A program made the translations under genes and the position numbers. The notes under the pieces are model-generated. The model was not told the origin of the DNA. It did no database searches and saw only the letters and a list, made by a program, of their open reading frames with translations. From the NCBI RefSeq assembly GCF_001194135.2, contig NC_068984.1, positions 95,413,130 to 95,477,129 on the forward strand: a stretch of DNA of 64,000 nucleotides. Direction: 5' to 3'. This stretch comes from Octopus bimaculoides. Its lineage: Eukaryota. Each line of letters opens with the position of its first letter. Position 1 is the first letter of the stretch. This document shows positions 22,406 to 36,739 of the stretch, in pieces.

Positions 22406-23779
22406 AACAACAAACAAGATGAAGACAAATATCTGTCAATTGTAAATAATGTACATAATTCCTCATCTCTTACATATAGAACTGTATTATTTATGTTTTG
22501 ATATTTCTGAAATGAAACACTATTAAACAATTATTGTTATTTGAACTTTTAGACTCATTCTATTGTGATTGTTTACAGAGTGGAAGGTGACTAATGATGA
22601 ATGACATTAGCAATGCAAGGTAATAGAGTTCAGGTGTAGTATGCTCTCTTTCTTCAAAAATGATTAGAATCAACCAATATCAACTGAAACTCTTACAGAT
22701 TTTTTTCTCAAAAACCACTAACAGAATATTTGGATTGGGATTTAAATATCTGAGTGAAATACTCAGTTTCTATATTTATCATTCAATTGAACATATGTAA
22801 TTATAATTTAGTTTTAAACAATAGTTATTATTTCCAACATACTGTTTTAATTCAGTCTTGACAATAAATATTCTATATATAGCACAACTACTACGGAGGA
22901 AGGGAGAGAGGGGGAAAATCTGTGTGTGTATATGTACAAGTGCTGATACTATTAATAAAACATCTGTTAATGATGAACATATCAACACACTATAATGACA
23001 TCATTATTCAATGTGAGGACAGCAACTAAGTTCTTACCTAATACTTGCTGCTATTTATTTCTCACACAAACATAATTAGGTATTAAGATAATGATGTTTA
23101 CAGAAGTAAATAGGTAAACTGTGGTGTGATAATCACAGTCAATCTGTTTAGTTTATTAAACTGGCTTAAAATATTTGTTCTGCATATATAAACAAAGCTG
23201 ATCATTACACAATTCTGAGCTATGTATTTATTTCACAGTGACAATGCAGTTTTATAGTAACAGTACTATGATATCCTAGGCCATGTATTACATAATGTCA
23301 TTCTGGGAAGCTGTGTGTAGAAGCCAACATTGGCAAGTTTAGAATTCAATCTTTAGTTTTGTTCAAGACCCACAAGCTAAAAAGAAAGTGTATCTAACAG
23401 TGTCTGAGTAGAGGCAAGACATGTGGAATTACAGATTAGCAGCTGTTCCAAAATGACCCTAAATTGATCCAAATTGCCAACTGCAACAATCTCATCTATA
23501 TCTAGAAAGATTGGTTTTACAGAAGAAAGTTACTGAGTTTTTTTCAGAAACATTTTCAAATAGCTGTATATCTTATACAAAATCTAAAGTTAGAGCTCTT
23601 TGGCATTTGAGTTTGTAATTTTCTGAGTAAAGTCATGATATCAGAGGTGTTGTAAGTTTTAATATGATTTGTATTTGTTTTATCTACAATAAACCTACAA
23701 TAAGCTGGAAAGCTCCAATTTAGATTATTTATTAGATTCTATTGAAATAAAATTTTTTTATCTAGCTAATTAATTATTC

Positions 23780-23973
23780 TTTTACTTGTTTGACTGCAGC
23801 CATGCTGGGTACCACCTTTAGTTGAGCGAATCAACTCCAGGACTTATTCTTTGTAAGCCTGGTGCTTATTTATTGGTCCCTTTTGCCGAACCGCTAAGTT
23901 ACAGGGACGTAAACACACCAACATCGGTTATCAAGTGATGTTAGAGGGACAAACATATACACACATACATGTA

Positions 23974-24004
<31 letters not shown>

Positions 24005-24165
24005 GACAGGCTTCTTTTAATTTGTCTACCAAATCCACTCACAAGGCTTTGGTCGGCCCGAGGCTAGAGTAGAAGACACTTGCCTAAGATGCCACACAGT
24101 GGGACTGAACCCGGAACCATGTAGTTGGTAAGCAAGCTACTTACCACACAGCCACTCCTGTGCCT
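23780..24165 (-). mobile_element. tRNA-derived SINE, second family, with internal (TA/TG)n
   Basis: Reverse complement of the copy at 26062-26496. Confidence 0.9.
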
Positions 24166-25542
24166 ACTTATCATAACTTACCTTATTTTAATTGCATACA
24201 TTCAACTTGATACATAAAGAGAATCGGCAATACTTGTGTCACTATACATACACATTTGATCATCTGGTTGTTGATTCTGAGGGAGGTGTTCAGAGCTTCT
24301 AAATAAAACTTATTGCCATCAGATGCACATTCTCAATGGCTTCATTCAGATCATGTGGCAGAATTGTTGTTTGTGATCATTTTTTCTGCAGTAGTCAGCA
24401 ACCACCAAGATATCGCCCATCACATAATCCAAATCAGATAAGGTGAATGAGCCTTATGTACTATCCAGTGTTTTGTTTAGAAGTTATGAATACCTCATCA
24501 CTCAGAATCAAGTGTTTGAATGATGAGAAATGTTTTTACATTTGTGCAACTTCAAGTAATGTAATTCTGAGAAAATTAACGCACCCACCAACACTAGTGC
24601 TTGTCAATAATAAAACCTGCAGTTTAACAAAACTTGCATATACCAATACACAGGTATAAGCTATACAGTTTAAGTGCAGTTGAATAAGAACTTGGGGATA
24701 ATGTATTGAGGGATACAGAGTCAGAATTTTAAAAGTGGCATGTAGTTACACACTATTATTACAGTTCAGAGACCACTTCCAAACACAAACAAACACATAC
24801 AACAGCATAGAGTGTAACTGCAACATCCTAAAAACACATTTTTTTCTTATTAGACCAGACAAGCATAAACTACATACAGACACTGAAATAGCTACAACAC
24901 CATCTCACCCTTGTATTATGTCCAGATGATCATGCTGCATTTCAGCACTGCATGTTAGTGGGTGTAACATGGTCTTCATCTAAACAGATACATGGAATAA
25001 CTGGGAAGCTGGATCTGTGGGTCACATCTTATTGTTTGGTTGATTCCATGTGTGCCTCAGAAGAGCCTACCAAAGATTACACTACTACTAGTCTCAGACT
25101 ATTCTTATTGAAAAGCAAGAATGTTTCCAAATTATTAAACAAATGCAAATAAGTTAATTAATAACATATTTAACTAGTCAGTGATATGCAAAAAACTGAA
25201 TTAGTAAAATTATAAATTTAATATTGCTAAAATTATTTTTTCACTTGTTATTCTTAACATTAACAATTTTATCTACATAGAAACTTATAGAGGACAAACA
25301 GTAGCTTTCTAATTTAGGAACAAGCCTTTCCTTGTAAAAAAAAAAGGTCAGCAATTTAATTGCTTCATACAACCATTTAAGATAGATATGTTTGAACTAT
25401 AAGTTATTGGTTTATACTACATATCTTGTTTGTAGCTTAAGTAACAAATTTAGAAATTGGAATAAACATCATCAATTCTTTGGCTTTACTCGCAATTAAA
25501 ATTGAAAGTTGCAATTTAATCTCATGAAAAGTATATGTAATT

Positions 25543-26690
25543 ATCATCATCATCATCACTATTTAATGTCTGTTTTCCATGCTGGCATGGGTTGGACGTT
25601 TTGACAGAGGACTGGCAAGCCAATAGGCTGTACCAGGTTCCAATCTGATCAAGCAAGGTTTCTACAGCTGGATGCTCTCCCTAACACCAACCACTCTGAG
25701 AGTGTAGCGGGTGCTTTTTATGTGCCACTGGCACAGGATCCAGTCAGGCAGCAATGGCATCGACTATGTTCAGATGATGCTTTTTATGTGCCACTGGCAT
25801 GGGAGTCAGTCAGGGAGCACTGGCATCAACAACATTCAGGTGTTTTTTACATGCCACTGACACAAGAGCCAGTCATGTGGAACTGGCATCAAGCCATGCT
25901 TGAATGGTGCTTATTACGTGCCACCAGCATGGTTGCCAGTCAGGCGGCACTGGCATCAGACATGATTTCGATTTCACTTGACTCAACAGTGTGTCGTCTG
26001 GCAATTTAAGGGTACTTTTAAATGGGCTGGTTATGCAACACAAGTATCGGCCACAACTGCATAGGCGTAGGTGTGGCTGTGTGGTAAGTAGCTTGCTTAC
26101 CAACCACATGGTTCTGGGTTCAGTCCCACTGCATGGCACCTTGGGCAAGTGTCTTCTACTATAGCCTTGGGCCGACCAAAGCCTTGTGAGTGGATTTGGT
26201 AGACGGAAACTGAAAGAAGCCCGTCGTATATATGTATATATATGTGTGTGTGTGTGTGTATGTTTGTGTGTCTGTGTTTGTCCCCCCAACATCGCTTGAC
26301 AACCGATGCTGGTGTGTTTACGTCCCCGTAACTTAGCGGTTCGGCAAAAGAGACCGATAGAATAAGTACTAGGCTTACAAAGAATAAGTCCTAGGCTTAC
26401 AAAGAATAAGTCCTGGGGTCGATTTGCTCGACTAAAGGCGGTGCTCCAGCATGGCCACAGTCAAATGACTGAAACAAGTAAAAGAGTAAAAGAGTAACTG
26501 CGATCTCACTTTACTTGCCAGGACTTCTCAATCACAGCATATCTCCAAAGGTATCCATCTCTTGTCATTGCCTCTGTGAGGCCCAACATTCGAAGGTCAT
26601 GCTTCACCACCTCATCCTGGATCTACCTCTTCCACAGGTTCCTTCCACTTCTTCACACAGCTGTCTTCATCCATATGCAATATATGACCA
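25543..26690 (-). mobile_element. RTE 3' end fragment interrupted by a SINE
   Basis: (GAT)n tail at 25543. The RT C-terminal DEVVKHDL-type segment resumes at about 26497 after the SINE. Confidence 0.75.
26062..26496 (+). mobile_element. Near full-length tRNA-derived SINE, second family
   Basis: tggctgtgtggtaag A box, gggttcagtccc B box, caccttgggcaagtgtc core, internal (TA)(TG)n and (aaagagta)n tail. Internal 22-bp duplication aggcttacaaagaataagtcct. Confidence 0.9.
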
Positions 26691-26872
26691 TTATGTAGTA
26701 CATAATCACTCACTCTCTCTCACCCACATACAAAACCTATTTTGATTGACAGCTTAGTTTTTCTTTTTATTAGAAAATCTCTTCCATAATCTAAACAATT
26801 AAAAGAAATACTAATGTAGGCATAAATAGTCAAATTTTTAATACAAATAGCACAATGCTTGGGTTACCAGAA

Positions 26873-28262
26873 GATCATCATCATCATTTAATGTCTGCTT
26901 TCCATGCTGGCATGGGTTAGATAATTTGACTGGAACTGGTAAGCTGGAGATGATTTGAAAGGAGCTGGTAAGCTGAGTCACTCGCACCAGCCAATTATGA
27001 TTTCATTTGGCTTGACAGAGTCTTCTCAAGCACAGCAAATCACCAAAGGTCATGATCAGTTGTCATTGCCTCCATGAGGCCTCACATTCAAAGATCATGC
27101 TTTACAACCTAGTTTCATGTCTTCCTGGTCTACCTCTTCCACAGGTTCTCTTCATAGTTAGAGATAGGCACTTTTTTATGCAGCAGTCCTCACCCATACA
27201 TATCACATGACCATACCAGCACGGTCATCTCTCTTGCAAACCACACCTGATGCCCAGTTTTTCTCTCAAAATGCTTACACTCTGTTGTATATGTACACTG
27301 ACATTACACATCCAGCAGAGCATACAACATTCATTTCTTTCAAGACTTCACATGTCCTCTGCAGTCACGACACATGTTTCACTGCCATGTAACATGACTG
27401 TTCGCATACAGGCATCATACAATCTGCTTTTGAGTCTGAGGGAGAGGCCTTTGTTGCCAACAGAGGTAGAAGCTCTCTGAACTTTGCCCAGCCTATTCTT
27501 ATTCTAGCAGCTATGCTTTGAGAGCATCCACCTCCACTGCTGACTTGGTCACCTAGATAATGAAAGCTACCAACTACTTTTAGGTATCTCCCTTGCATTT
27601 GATGGAATCTATTTTCTGTATATTTCTAGCATTTATTGTACCTGTACTGCCACATACACAGACTATTTTTGCTGTTAACCTTCCTCTGATATTGCTGCAC
27701 CTTTTATGTGTTTATAGCTTGTACTGGGTACACCTTATGGAGTTTCTACCTATGCCTTTTCTACATATCTGAAGGGATTTGTGATTTGTCTGTTAAGTAG
27801 GAAATACCTAGTAGGAAATACTTAGTAAGGTTTTACTTTTTGCTAAATTAACTCTAGGACCCTTTGATTCCAGACCTTTCTCCAGTTCTGATAGAGATTC
27901 AGCTATAAGAACAAGGTCATCAGCATAGAGGAGCTCCCAGGGGCAGTCCAATTTAAATTTCTCTGTTATTGCCTCGAGGACTATGATGAACAAGAGGGGC
28001 TGAGGACTGATCCTTGGTGAACTCCTATTTGTACATGGAATTCATTGCTATACTCGTTGCCAACCCTCACCTTACTAACAGCATCTCTGTACATGGCCTG
28101 TATAGCTCTCTATTCCTAGTTTCTGCAATGGCCACCAGATAAGGGAACATTTACACTCCATGTAAACAAAAGCCAAGTACAAAGGTCTATTATTAGCTAG
28201 GTATTTACCAGTTGCCTTACCAGAAATATAGCATCAGTGGTGCATCTCCCAGGCACAAAATT
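26873..28262 (-). mobile_element. Decayed RTE LINE reverse transcriptase fragment
   Basis: FVPGRCTTDAIFLVRQL, PWELLYADDLVL and FHYLGD...ARIRIGWAKFRELLPLL. Confidence 0.9.
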
Positions 28263-28599
28263 GATTTTATTCATAAATTTTTTAATTAGGTAGTTAAAAA
28301 ATGGAAATTCTATTTGGTTTACCAGAATGAACTTTATTCCTTTTAACCTCTTATCATACAGAAATATTAAATATATTCTTAACCCATTACCTACCAGTGA
28401 TCTCATGAGATTACTTAAAAATTACAAATTTCGTAATTATCTGTCAATATTTACACATATCTAACCTTTTTGCTATATCTACTAGGTATATTTTTCTGAT
28501 ATTCAAATGAGGTTTGCTAATTTTTCACCCAATATCTCACTTATTTCTATTTAAAATGTTATTTTGATCATTCCAGCGTGTTTCTAAGGCTGTTTTATG

Positions 28600-29000
28600 C
28601 TAGAAATTAAAGTTTCATTAAAAAATTCCAGTTAATAGAATTATGGGAGGTAATGGGTTAATTGGAAAATGTAGTCATGGTATTGGGACAATATTCTGCA
28701 CCTTAAGTTATGACAGCTGAGGCCTCCACAGGGATCTGTTCTTGGTCCCTGTAATTCATATGTATTAATGAAATAGATGCCAATTTAGATCCTATTACTG
28801 TGCTAAAATATGTGGATCTGTTCTTTCCCACAGTCTGATTTTGACATAATGCAGCAATGGATTGCTGACCTTTAAACATTTCAAGATAAAAACATGGAAT
28901 TTACTTACTTAGTGACACAAACCTTAAGAAGTCAGTTGGCAAACATGACCTGGACATTATTGTCAATGATGACACACACTGGACAAACTAGATTTTTAAA
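28600..29000 (+). mobile_element. CR1/L2-type RT fragment
   Basis: PQGSVLGP followed, after a frameshift, by YINEI and KYVD (decayed YADD). Confidence 0.5.
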
Positions 29001-29159
29001 ATTGTCAAAAAGGTTTAAGGTTTAAGGTATAAATGTGTATTTATGGGAATGCATGCATGCACATACATATGTGTGTATGTATATCTATAAGCTCTTAAAA
29101 TTAGATATATGTATGCACAAATATGTGTAAGTATTTGGGTATGAGCATATATAAATGCT

Positions 29160-32100
29160 CTCTTCCGATGGTCGTCCCTTGTCATGGTAGAAGAGCTTGT
29201 GTGTTCCAATGATTCTTTGAGTGATACTGTCTGGAGTCTTAGACACCTGGTAGGGCCACCCATAGCTGCAAGGTCGAGGATGAGGTCCCAGAATAAACAC
29301 AACCAAACACCAACAGCAGAGCAAGAGGAAGAGGGCTATCTCAAGCTCCCAAGGATTGACTCCAGCAGCTCGCTGCAACCAGTCTCATCAAAACTGCACA
29401 TCTCAATTCTTGAGCTGCAGTAGAGAAGTTCTTGGCCAAATGCATGCATGCATGTGGGTGTCGCGCAGCCATGATCACCTCAAACAATTTACTCAGTGAA
29501 TGGCTTCATCTTTCTGATCTGTCTCAAAAAGCCCAATGTCAATGGTATCGTGGGCACTGGAGGCAGGTCTGGAAAGCTGGAAGCCTCTAGTCCGTGACAA
29601 CTCATTGGCAGTGAATCTCAGATGGTCGCTCTCCAATGAATAGCCGTGACATTGGAGTTCAGCAGCTAGACTTGTGACTGGGCTGGCCTCTTTAGGACTA
29701 CCGCAACCCACTCCTCAAGGGGAAGCCCCTAGAAAAGGTGGGTAAACATCGGACATGGAAAATTGATCTGGCCAGCATACTGTGGCTGGTGGACCTCCCA
29801 CTTAGCGGTTGGAACTCTACTAAATCCTCTGTTTCACAACCTCTCACCTTTGAAGTCCAGAACATCCACACTCTCCAGGACAAGAGTTACATTAATCGAC
29901 TAGAGCGACGTCCAGCCCTCATCTGCAAGGAACTTGCTCACTTCAACATCAACATGGTAGTCTTGAGTGAGACTAGGCTTCCTGGAGAAGGCAGCATCAG
30001 GAAAGCTGGCTCCAAATACACCATTGTTTGGAAAGAGAAGAATCCTAATGAATTACACATCCTTGCCATCAAAATGCAACTCATGGACCAACACAGACTC
30101 AACCCAACTGCTGTCAGTAAGTGCCTGATGACTGTTCGGATCCCACTCATTTGGGACAGATTCCTTACGCTGATCTCTATGCATGCTCTTACCCTCACAT
30201 CTGAAGATGACATCAAGGCTTTGTTCTACAACCTGCTGGACCGCACCATCCAGACAGTCCCTGCACACGACAAACTCGTTGTGTTGGGGGACATCACCTG
30301 CTCCACCTTCTTATTTCTCGCCTTGACATCAAGATCTGCCGCCCACCAAAGCGGGTCTCAACAAAAATTCCTTGCCAATGCTTCAATTGCACCAAACTCC
30401 AGAACTCACAGGCATCCCAAGACTTCAGGGAATCCATTGAGAGACAGCTGATGGACCTCCCAAAGCCAACCTCCATTGAGGATCACTGGGCCAGCCTTTG
30501 TGAAGCCATGACCGCTGCCACTGAGGAGACGATCAGCTTTGCCTGGAAGAAAGTCCAAGACTGGTTTGACGAGAATGATGAAACCATCTCCCGTTTTATC
30601 AAAGCTAAACTCCAGATGTGCTTAGCCCTCGAGAACCATGCCACTGCGGAGAACAAATGAAAACACCAGCAAGCATCAGTGGAATGTCAGCAAGGAATTC
30701 AAGAAGCTCAGAACATCTAGTGGCAGAGGAAAGCAGAGGAGATGCAAAACTATGTGGACCAACGAGATTTGTGCAGCTTTTATGCTGCAACCAAGGAGAT
30801 CTTTGGCCCCACAAGGTCATGAGTGGGCAGCCTGTAGAACACAGCTGGCTCTATGATAACCAACACCCAGGGAATCCTTGATCGCTGGAAGTCTCATTTC
30901 GATTGCCTACTTAACAACCACTCATGCACTCCTGACGATCTCCTCCAAAACACCCCACAGCTCCCCAAACACCATTGAATGTTCCTGCCGCCCTCACGAC
31001 GAGTTCAACAAGGCACTTGTGTACATGAAGCCAGGGAAGCTCCAGGATCAGACAATATCCCGTTTGAGTTTTTCATTCACGGAGGTCCTGAGCTGAGAAA
31101 TCATCTGATGCTCCTTATCCTCAAGATCTGGGAAAGCAAGACACCCCCGAATAACTTCCATGATGCAACTATCAACACCATCTACAAGAAGGGAAACCAA
31201 GAGGATTGCAATAACTATTGGGGCATCTCACTCCTGAGAATTGCAAGTAAGATCTCTGCCTGTATCCTAACTCAATCACCTCATCATCCTCATGGAAGAT
31301 ATCCTCCCTCAAGGCACAATCGACATAATCTTTTGTGCCCGTCAACTCCAGGAGAAGTGTCAGGAACAGCAACAGCCTGCAATGTTCATCTTCTGGGATC
31401 TAAAGAAAGCCTTTGATAAAGTCCTCCGTCCTGCAATATGGTCTGTCCTTGCTTGGTTTGGATGTTTGGAGGACTTCATTGCTCTGGTCCACTTCCCTCC
31501 ATGATGGCATGGTAGGCAGTGTATGCCATCAAAATGCCCTCACAAACTCATTTATCATCACTGGGAGTCTTAAGCAAGGATGCATCCTGGCACCAACCTG
31601 TTTCTCTTTGTACATGGCTGCCATGTTCAACGAAATCCCACTAGACTTGCCCTCCATCAACATGTGCTATTGCTTGGATAGCAGACTCTTCAATCTCACA
31701 CATCTCCACGCAAAGACGATGACCTCTGCCATCTCAGTCTATGAGGTGCAGTATGCCAATGACAATGCCACTCCGAGTCAACCTGCACAAGGCCAGGACA
31801 GTCCATCCACAAACATTAGCATCAATGGCCAACCCCTAGAAGTTGAACACTTCAGATACCTTGGAAGTATCCTTTCAAAGACCCCCATGTGTGAAAAGGA
31901 TGTGGAGAACAGGATTGGGGCGGGCCACTCCACCTTCGACAGACTAAGCCAACGTGTATTCTTCAATCATGCGCTGACCATCTGGACAAAGATCATGGTC
32001 TTCCATGCCATTGTCCTGTCAACTCTACTCTACACATGTGAGACTTGGATGTTATACCGCTATGACTTCAAGCGCCTTGAATGCTTCCAGCAAGCTATGA

Positions 32101-32600
32101 CAGATTGTGAACTTACAATGGAAAAATCATGTTACCAACAATGAGATTCTTCGCTGTGCCTCATTACCAAGTGTCGAAGCCACCATTCTTCGCCATCGTC
32201 TCTGCTGGGTGGGTCATATCAAGTATATGGAGCCCTCATCTCCCAACGATCATGCTCTATGGAGAACTTGCAATTGGAACAAAACCCAGAAGAGGTCTGA
32301 AATTCCGTTTTAAAGACAAGCTCAAATGGACCTTGGCTCAAGCTAACATCCAGCTATCCTCATGGGAACAGATTGCCATGGATAAGACAGCCTGGAGGAC
32401 TGCTATCTGCAATGGAGCCAGCTCCTTCGAACAGAACAGACAACAGAATGAGGAGGCAAAACACAGCATCCTTGACCTGCACCAACCATCCCATGTGAGT
32501 TCTGCCCACAACTCTTTCACCACGGACTTGGACTCCAAAGTCACTTTCAGCACAAACATCAGCCGAGGAGACTGGATGGAAACTGACGAATCCAATGCTC
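29160..32600 (+). mobile_element. Near full-length decayed RTE-clade LINE (5'UTR, endonuclease, RT, C-terminal CCHH)
   Basis: NIHTLQD...ERRPALICKELA...SETRLPGEG endonuclease, FWDLKKAFD, KQGCILAPT, YAND, RLCWVGH, and CEFCPQLFHHGLGLQSHFQH. Many frameshifts. Confidence 0.93.
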
Positions 32601-34599
32601 AGATACAAGCTGGAGCTGATGATATAAATACTGTTAAGCTTGCATCATTGTCCTCTTTAATAGCCTCTTGTTTATCTACACTCCTATCACTCACACCTCT
32701 CTTATTTTGCTGTACATGTTTCTGTTGTCAATGTCTCTAGTGCGCATGCCCCTCTTGCTCATATAACATCAAGACATCATTCAATAAGACTTTTCTCAGT
32801 CATTCACCTTAAAAATTATATGTGACTATGGACTATCAAAACTTACAATTTGCATTTCCATAATGGAATCCCCATCTTATTCAGTATATTAATCCACAAG
32901 AAGCTGTCTGGAAATGTGTCATGAGATAAATGGTCTCTATCAATTACTTATGTCTCACCTTTCTTGGATGTCGGTTCCAGCAGTCAGTGGTAATAATTTC
33001 TTTCTTGAACTGATGAACTCATTATATATCTCATGTATCACTTAAATACTGACAGTTCCATGTCGTTGAGAGAGGATTAGTAATAAAAAGAAAACCAAAT
33101 GATTTGACTAGTCATGATTACTGAAAGATTTAAACTTAAAATAAGAATGGCTACATTTAAACTATATAGTGATAATATTATTTACAAGGTAACTAGTCTC
33201 TCTTTCTCACACTTCTTCACAACAGAGGGATTACCATATTCAGAAACATTGGTATTTTGTGCATGTATGAAAGCATGAAATTAAATTGGTGATAAAATTG
33301 ATTAATTTTTCACTTGGTTAATAACATTATAATGGCTGAGAGATTATGGTATTAATACATTAATAAAACACATACACAGATATGAGCAAAATGAAACCTT
33401 CAATTTAATAACTACTGTCTAATCATCAAAAGCTCAAAGAAACTCCTAATTAACTCACACTGTCATCAACAGACCTAAATAGAGTTTAATCATAGAGAGA
33501 TTAAGAACTGATATTTTGTGGCAGTAATTTTATCAAATCTGGAGAGATGCCAAATAAACATGACACTGCAACTGAGATGCAGATTAAATGTTCGAACATT
33601 TAAAGTTTAGCTCTCAACTGATTGCTACATTAATGGCATCATAATAGCAATCCACACCAAAAAAGGAATATTTTGCAGGGTAGGGGTGAGTGAAACAAAT
33701 CAGCGTATGAATGGTATTTCATTAGATTTGTTAGTTGAACTGTAGATCAGGTGTCGGGACCTCTCACATCAATATTTTACCCTTATTCTAATTAAAAATA
33801 TCCACTGATGATGAACTTCTCTAAAAATGTTTATGAACCCAAAAAATAAAAAAGTTTATATCTTCAGATCAAAACAGGTAAATTAACATAAGTTACAAAC
33901 TTGTAAAATTGACAATATGTGTACCTATAAGTCACCTCAAGTGCTAAAGAGATTCTTCAACTTAAAGAGACAAAGCATATATACTAAGGGAATGAGTCAT
34001 TGATACTGATGCCCTCACAGCTATGTCTATACATAGAGCAATTTTAATGGAAAAACTAGGATATAGCTATAGTTAGTAGGACATCCTTTCCAAGAATAAA
34101 TTCTCTCTAGTAGAGGCAATGTGTCACTTGCTTGTGAACTTCACTTAGCAATTAAGTGACATTAAAAGGAAATGGACTAAATTTTCTCTAAAATAATGTC
34201 AACATGACTAAGAGAGACTACTCCACTCAACGTATTTATTGTTCTACTATGTTTGCTAGTAAAGTTTAAATACAAGGCTTCCCTTGCCCTCTTTGGGAAT
34301 CTGTGACCCACTTTTGATTCGCTGTTTTGCTTATTAATATCACTGCATTCTGGTTTGCTGTTTTTTTTACTGAGAGATATACATATGTAATTCATTCTTT
34401 CATTTGTTTAATATCTGTCTCTTTTCCTTTACTGGCATGGATTGGATGGAGAGGTATTTGAAACAGATTTTACTATTGAATGCTCTTCCTGTCACCAACT
34501 CAAGTAAGGGATAGCAATCAGATATAATGTCAACAAGGAATACAAACATCACACCTGGCTCACCCTAGTGAAGCCATAGGTTGAAAATTTTCATGCACA

Positions 34600-35040
34600 C
34601 ACACACACACACACACACACACGTAATGGGCTTTCTGCAGTATACATCTACCATATTCACTCACAAGGTATTGGTCAACTTGGGACTATAGCAGAAGACA
34701 CTTGTCCAAGGTATTGTACAGGAGGACTGAACCCAAAACCATGTAGTTGCAAAGCAAACTTCTTTACCACACAGCCACACCTTCACCTACACAGTCATGC
34801 CATATTTATGTCTGCTTTACAAGCTGGCATGTGTTAGAGGACCACATCTTGCTTGTATTTGTTTTTGGTTTGGTTTCAATGACTGGATGCCCCTCCAAAC
34901 ACCAACCACTTCACGGAGCATACTAGGTGCATTTTCCATGACACCAACAGCAGAGAGGTTGTTTTGCCTTTAACAAAACTAAAGGGGCCTCCCAACTCCT
35001 AAGTGTACTGGGCACATTTTATTGTGACACTAGAACTAGA
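34600..35040 (-). mobile_element. Partial SINE plus RTE-tail fragment
   Basis: Similar to the 26062 SINE 5' half, followed by ggatgccctccaaacaccaaccac tail-type sequence. Confidence 0.7.
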
Positions 35041-36739
35041 AAGGACAATGGGGAATGAGAGAGAGAGTGATGGGTAGCAAGTAGAGGATAAATGGTGAGA
35101 GGGAGTGGCAGATTTCAATACCAAAAACCATTTGAAGAGTTTAAGTAGATGTATGAGGTACATGTATATATGATAAGGTCCCTTATGCATAGGCTTCAAG
35201 ATGGGTAAAGAACTAGGGTGAAATGATGAGAGGGAGATTGGTTGAATTCTTGGTGATAGGGTCAGTGGCATCCCAGATTACACTGGAAGCAATGTATGGT
35301 AAATGAAATTCATTACGATCCTTAGTTACTCTGGTGGCAGTGTACAGTATGACTGAGATGGGAGTGATTGAAAGATGAGCAATAGGAACATGAGCACCAG
35401 ATACATGAGTATGGGCAACAAAGATATAGGAAGAGTGGAATAGGGGAATAAAATATGAAATATAAAAATACAGATGTTTTACAAAATGGTGGTATGTGCC
35501 ATAGAATATAGTTAGAATTTTCTTAATTAACTGAAATGCTTTCAAGAAATGCAGAAACATTACATAACCTCATTCTCACTCCACTCCTGTCTACCATAAA
35601 AAAAAAATAACAATTCTTTTACTTCATCACAAATGGAAATCAATGCTCTCACCACTGAGCCAGGTGCCTTTTTATTCTTTCTCATTATCTGAGAGGTAAT
35701 TATCATATTTAGTCTAGAATAGCAAATAGTGAAGTTAACCTGTGTGGTGAACTCAAAACACAGTGATTGAAATTAACACTGTAAATTAATTATCTCCAAC
35801 CATTTTCTATAATATTGACTTCTAATATATGCACAAGACCTCAAGTTTAGGGGAGGATATAATCAATTACATTGGTTCAGTAGTTGACTGGGCCAATGCA
35901 TTATGTATCACCTTGATACATAAACTCAATAGAGGAATCCACATGTTTCCACAGTCTTGATTTCTGCTTTGATTAGCATATTGCTTATACTACTTTCCTG
36001 CCTACAGGTCAGATGTTCAATTCTTGTTTAAGACACTGAGTCCTTTCACAAAGCACTTTATTTTCTCCAGTTTTCACAGTTGAGATATTGCCTGAACAAA
36101 ACAGACAGATAAAAATGTGACCAACTGCGGTAAAGCACGAGGGATACATTTATATTTATATCACAATCTACTGCAATAAATAGTCATTCATAGGTATCTA
36201 CTTCTACAGGCATGAAAATAAAGAATTGGAATTCGAGATATTCATGCCTTGCCAAAGGGTGCTTATTGAAAAAGGGTTACAATATCATTATTATGAATTG
36301 AAACAGGTCACAAAACCTGTTGTCTCTTTAAATTATTTTTATACTTAATGAGACACAACAGAAGACTATAAGGCTTATTGAGTTGAAGTTAACATCTTAC
36401 AGATGTAATAGAATGATCAAATAATCAAGTGTTTATGTTTCAAAAATGATATAAATAAAAAGAACACAAAACCCCACCCAAAACAAGATCAGTTTATACT
36501 TGTGACTGTGAAAAACTACATAATTACATATGATTTATAATGTAAACACAAGACAAATATTAAAATTACCACCTACATTCACAATGTATGTTGAGTAGGG
36601 ACCCTCCTCTTCAATAATCAATGAAAAAAGCAATAACAGAATGAAGATGGTTTAAATGACTGTATTATAATTAGAACAAGTGAAATGGATGCTTCTTGAC
36701 GGTTTAGATTGAGACTTATGGTGGTTTGCTGTCCTTGAG

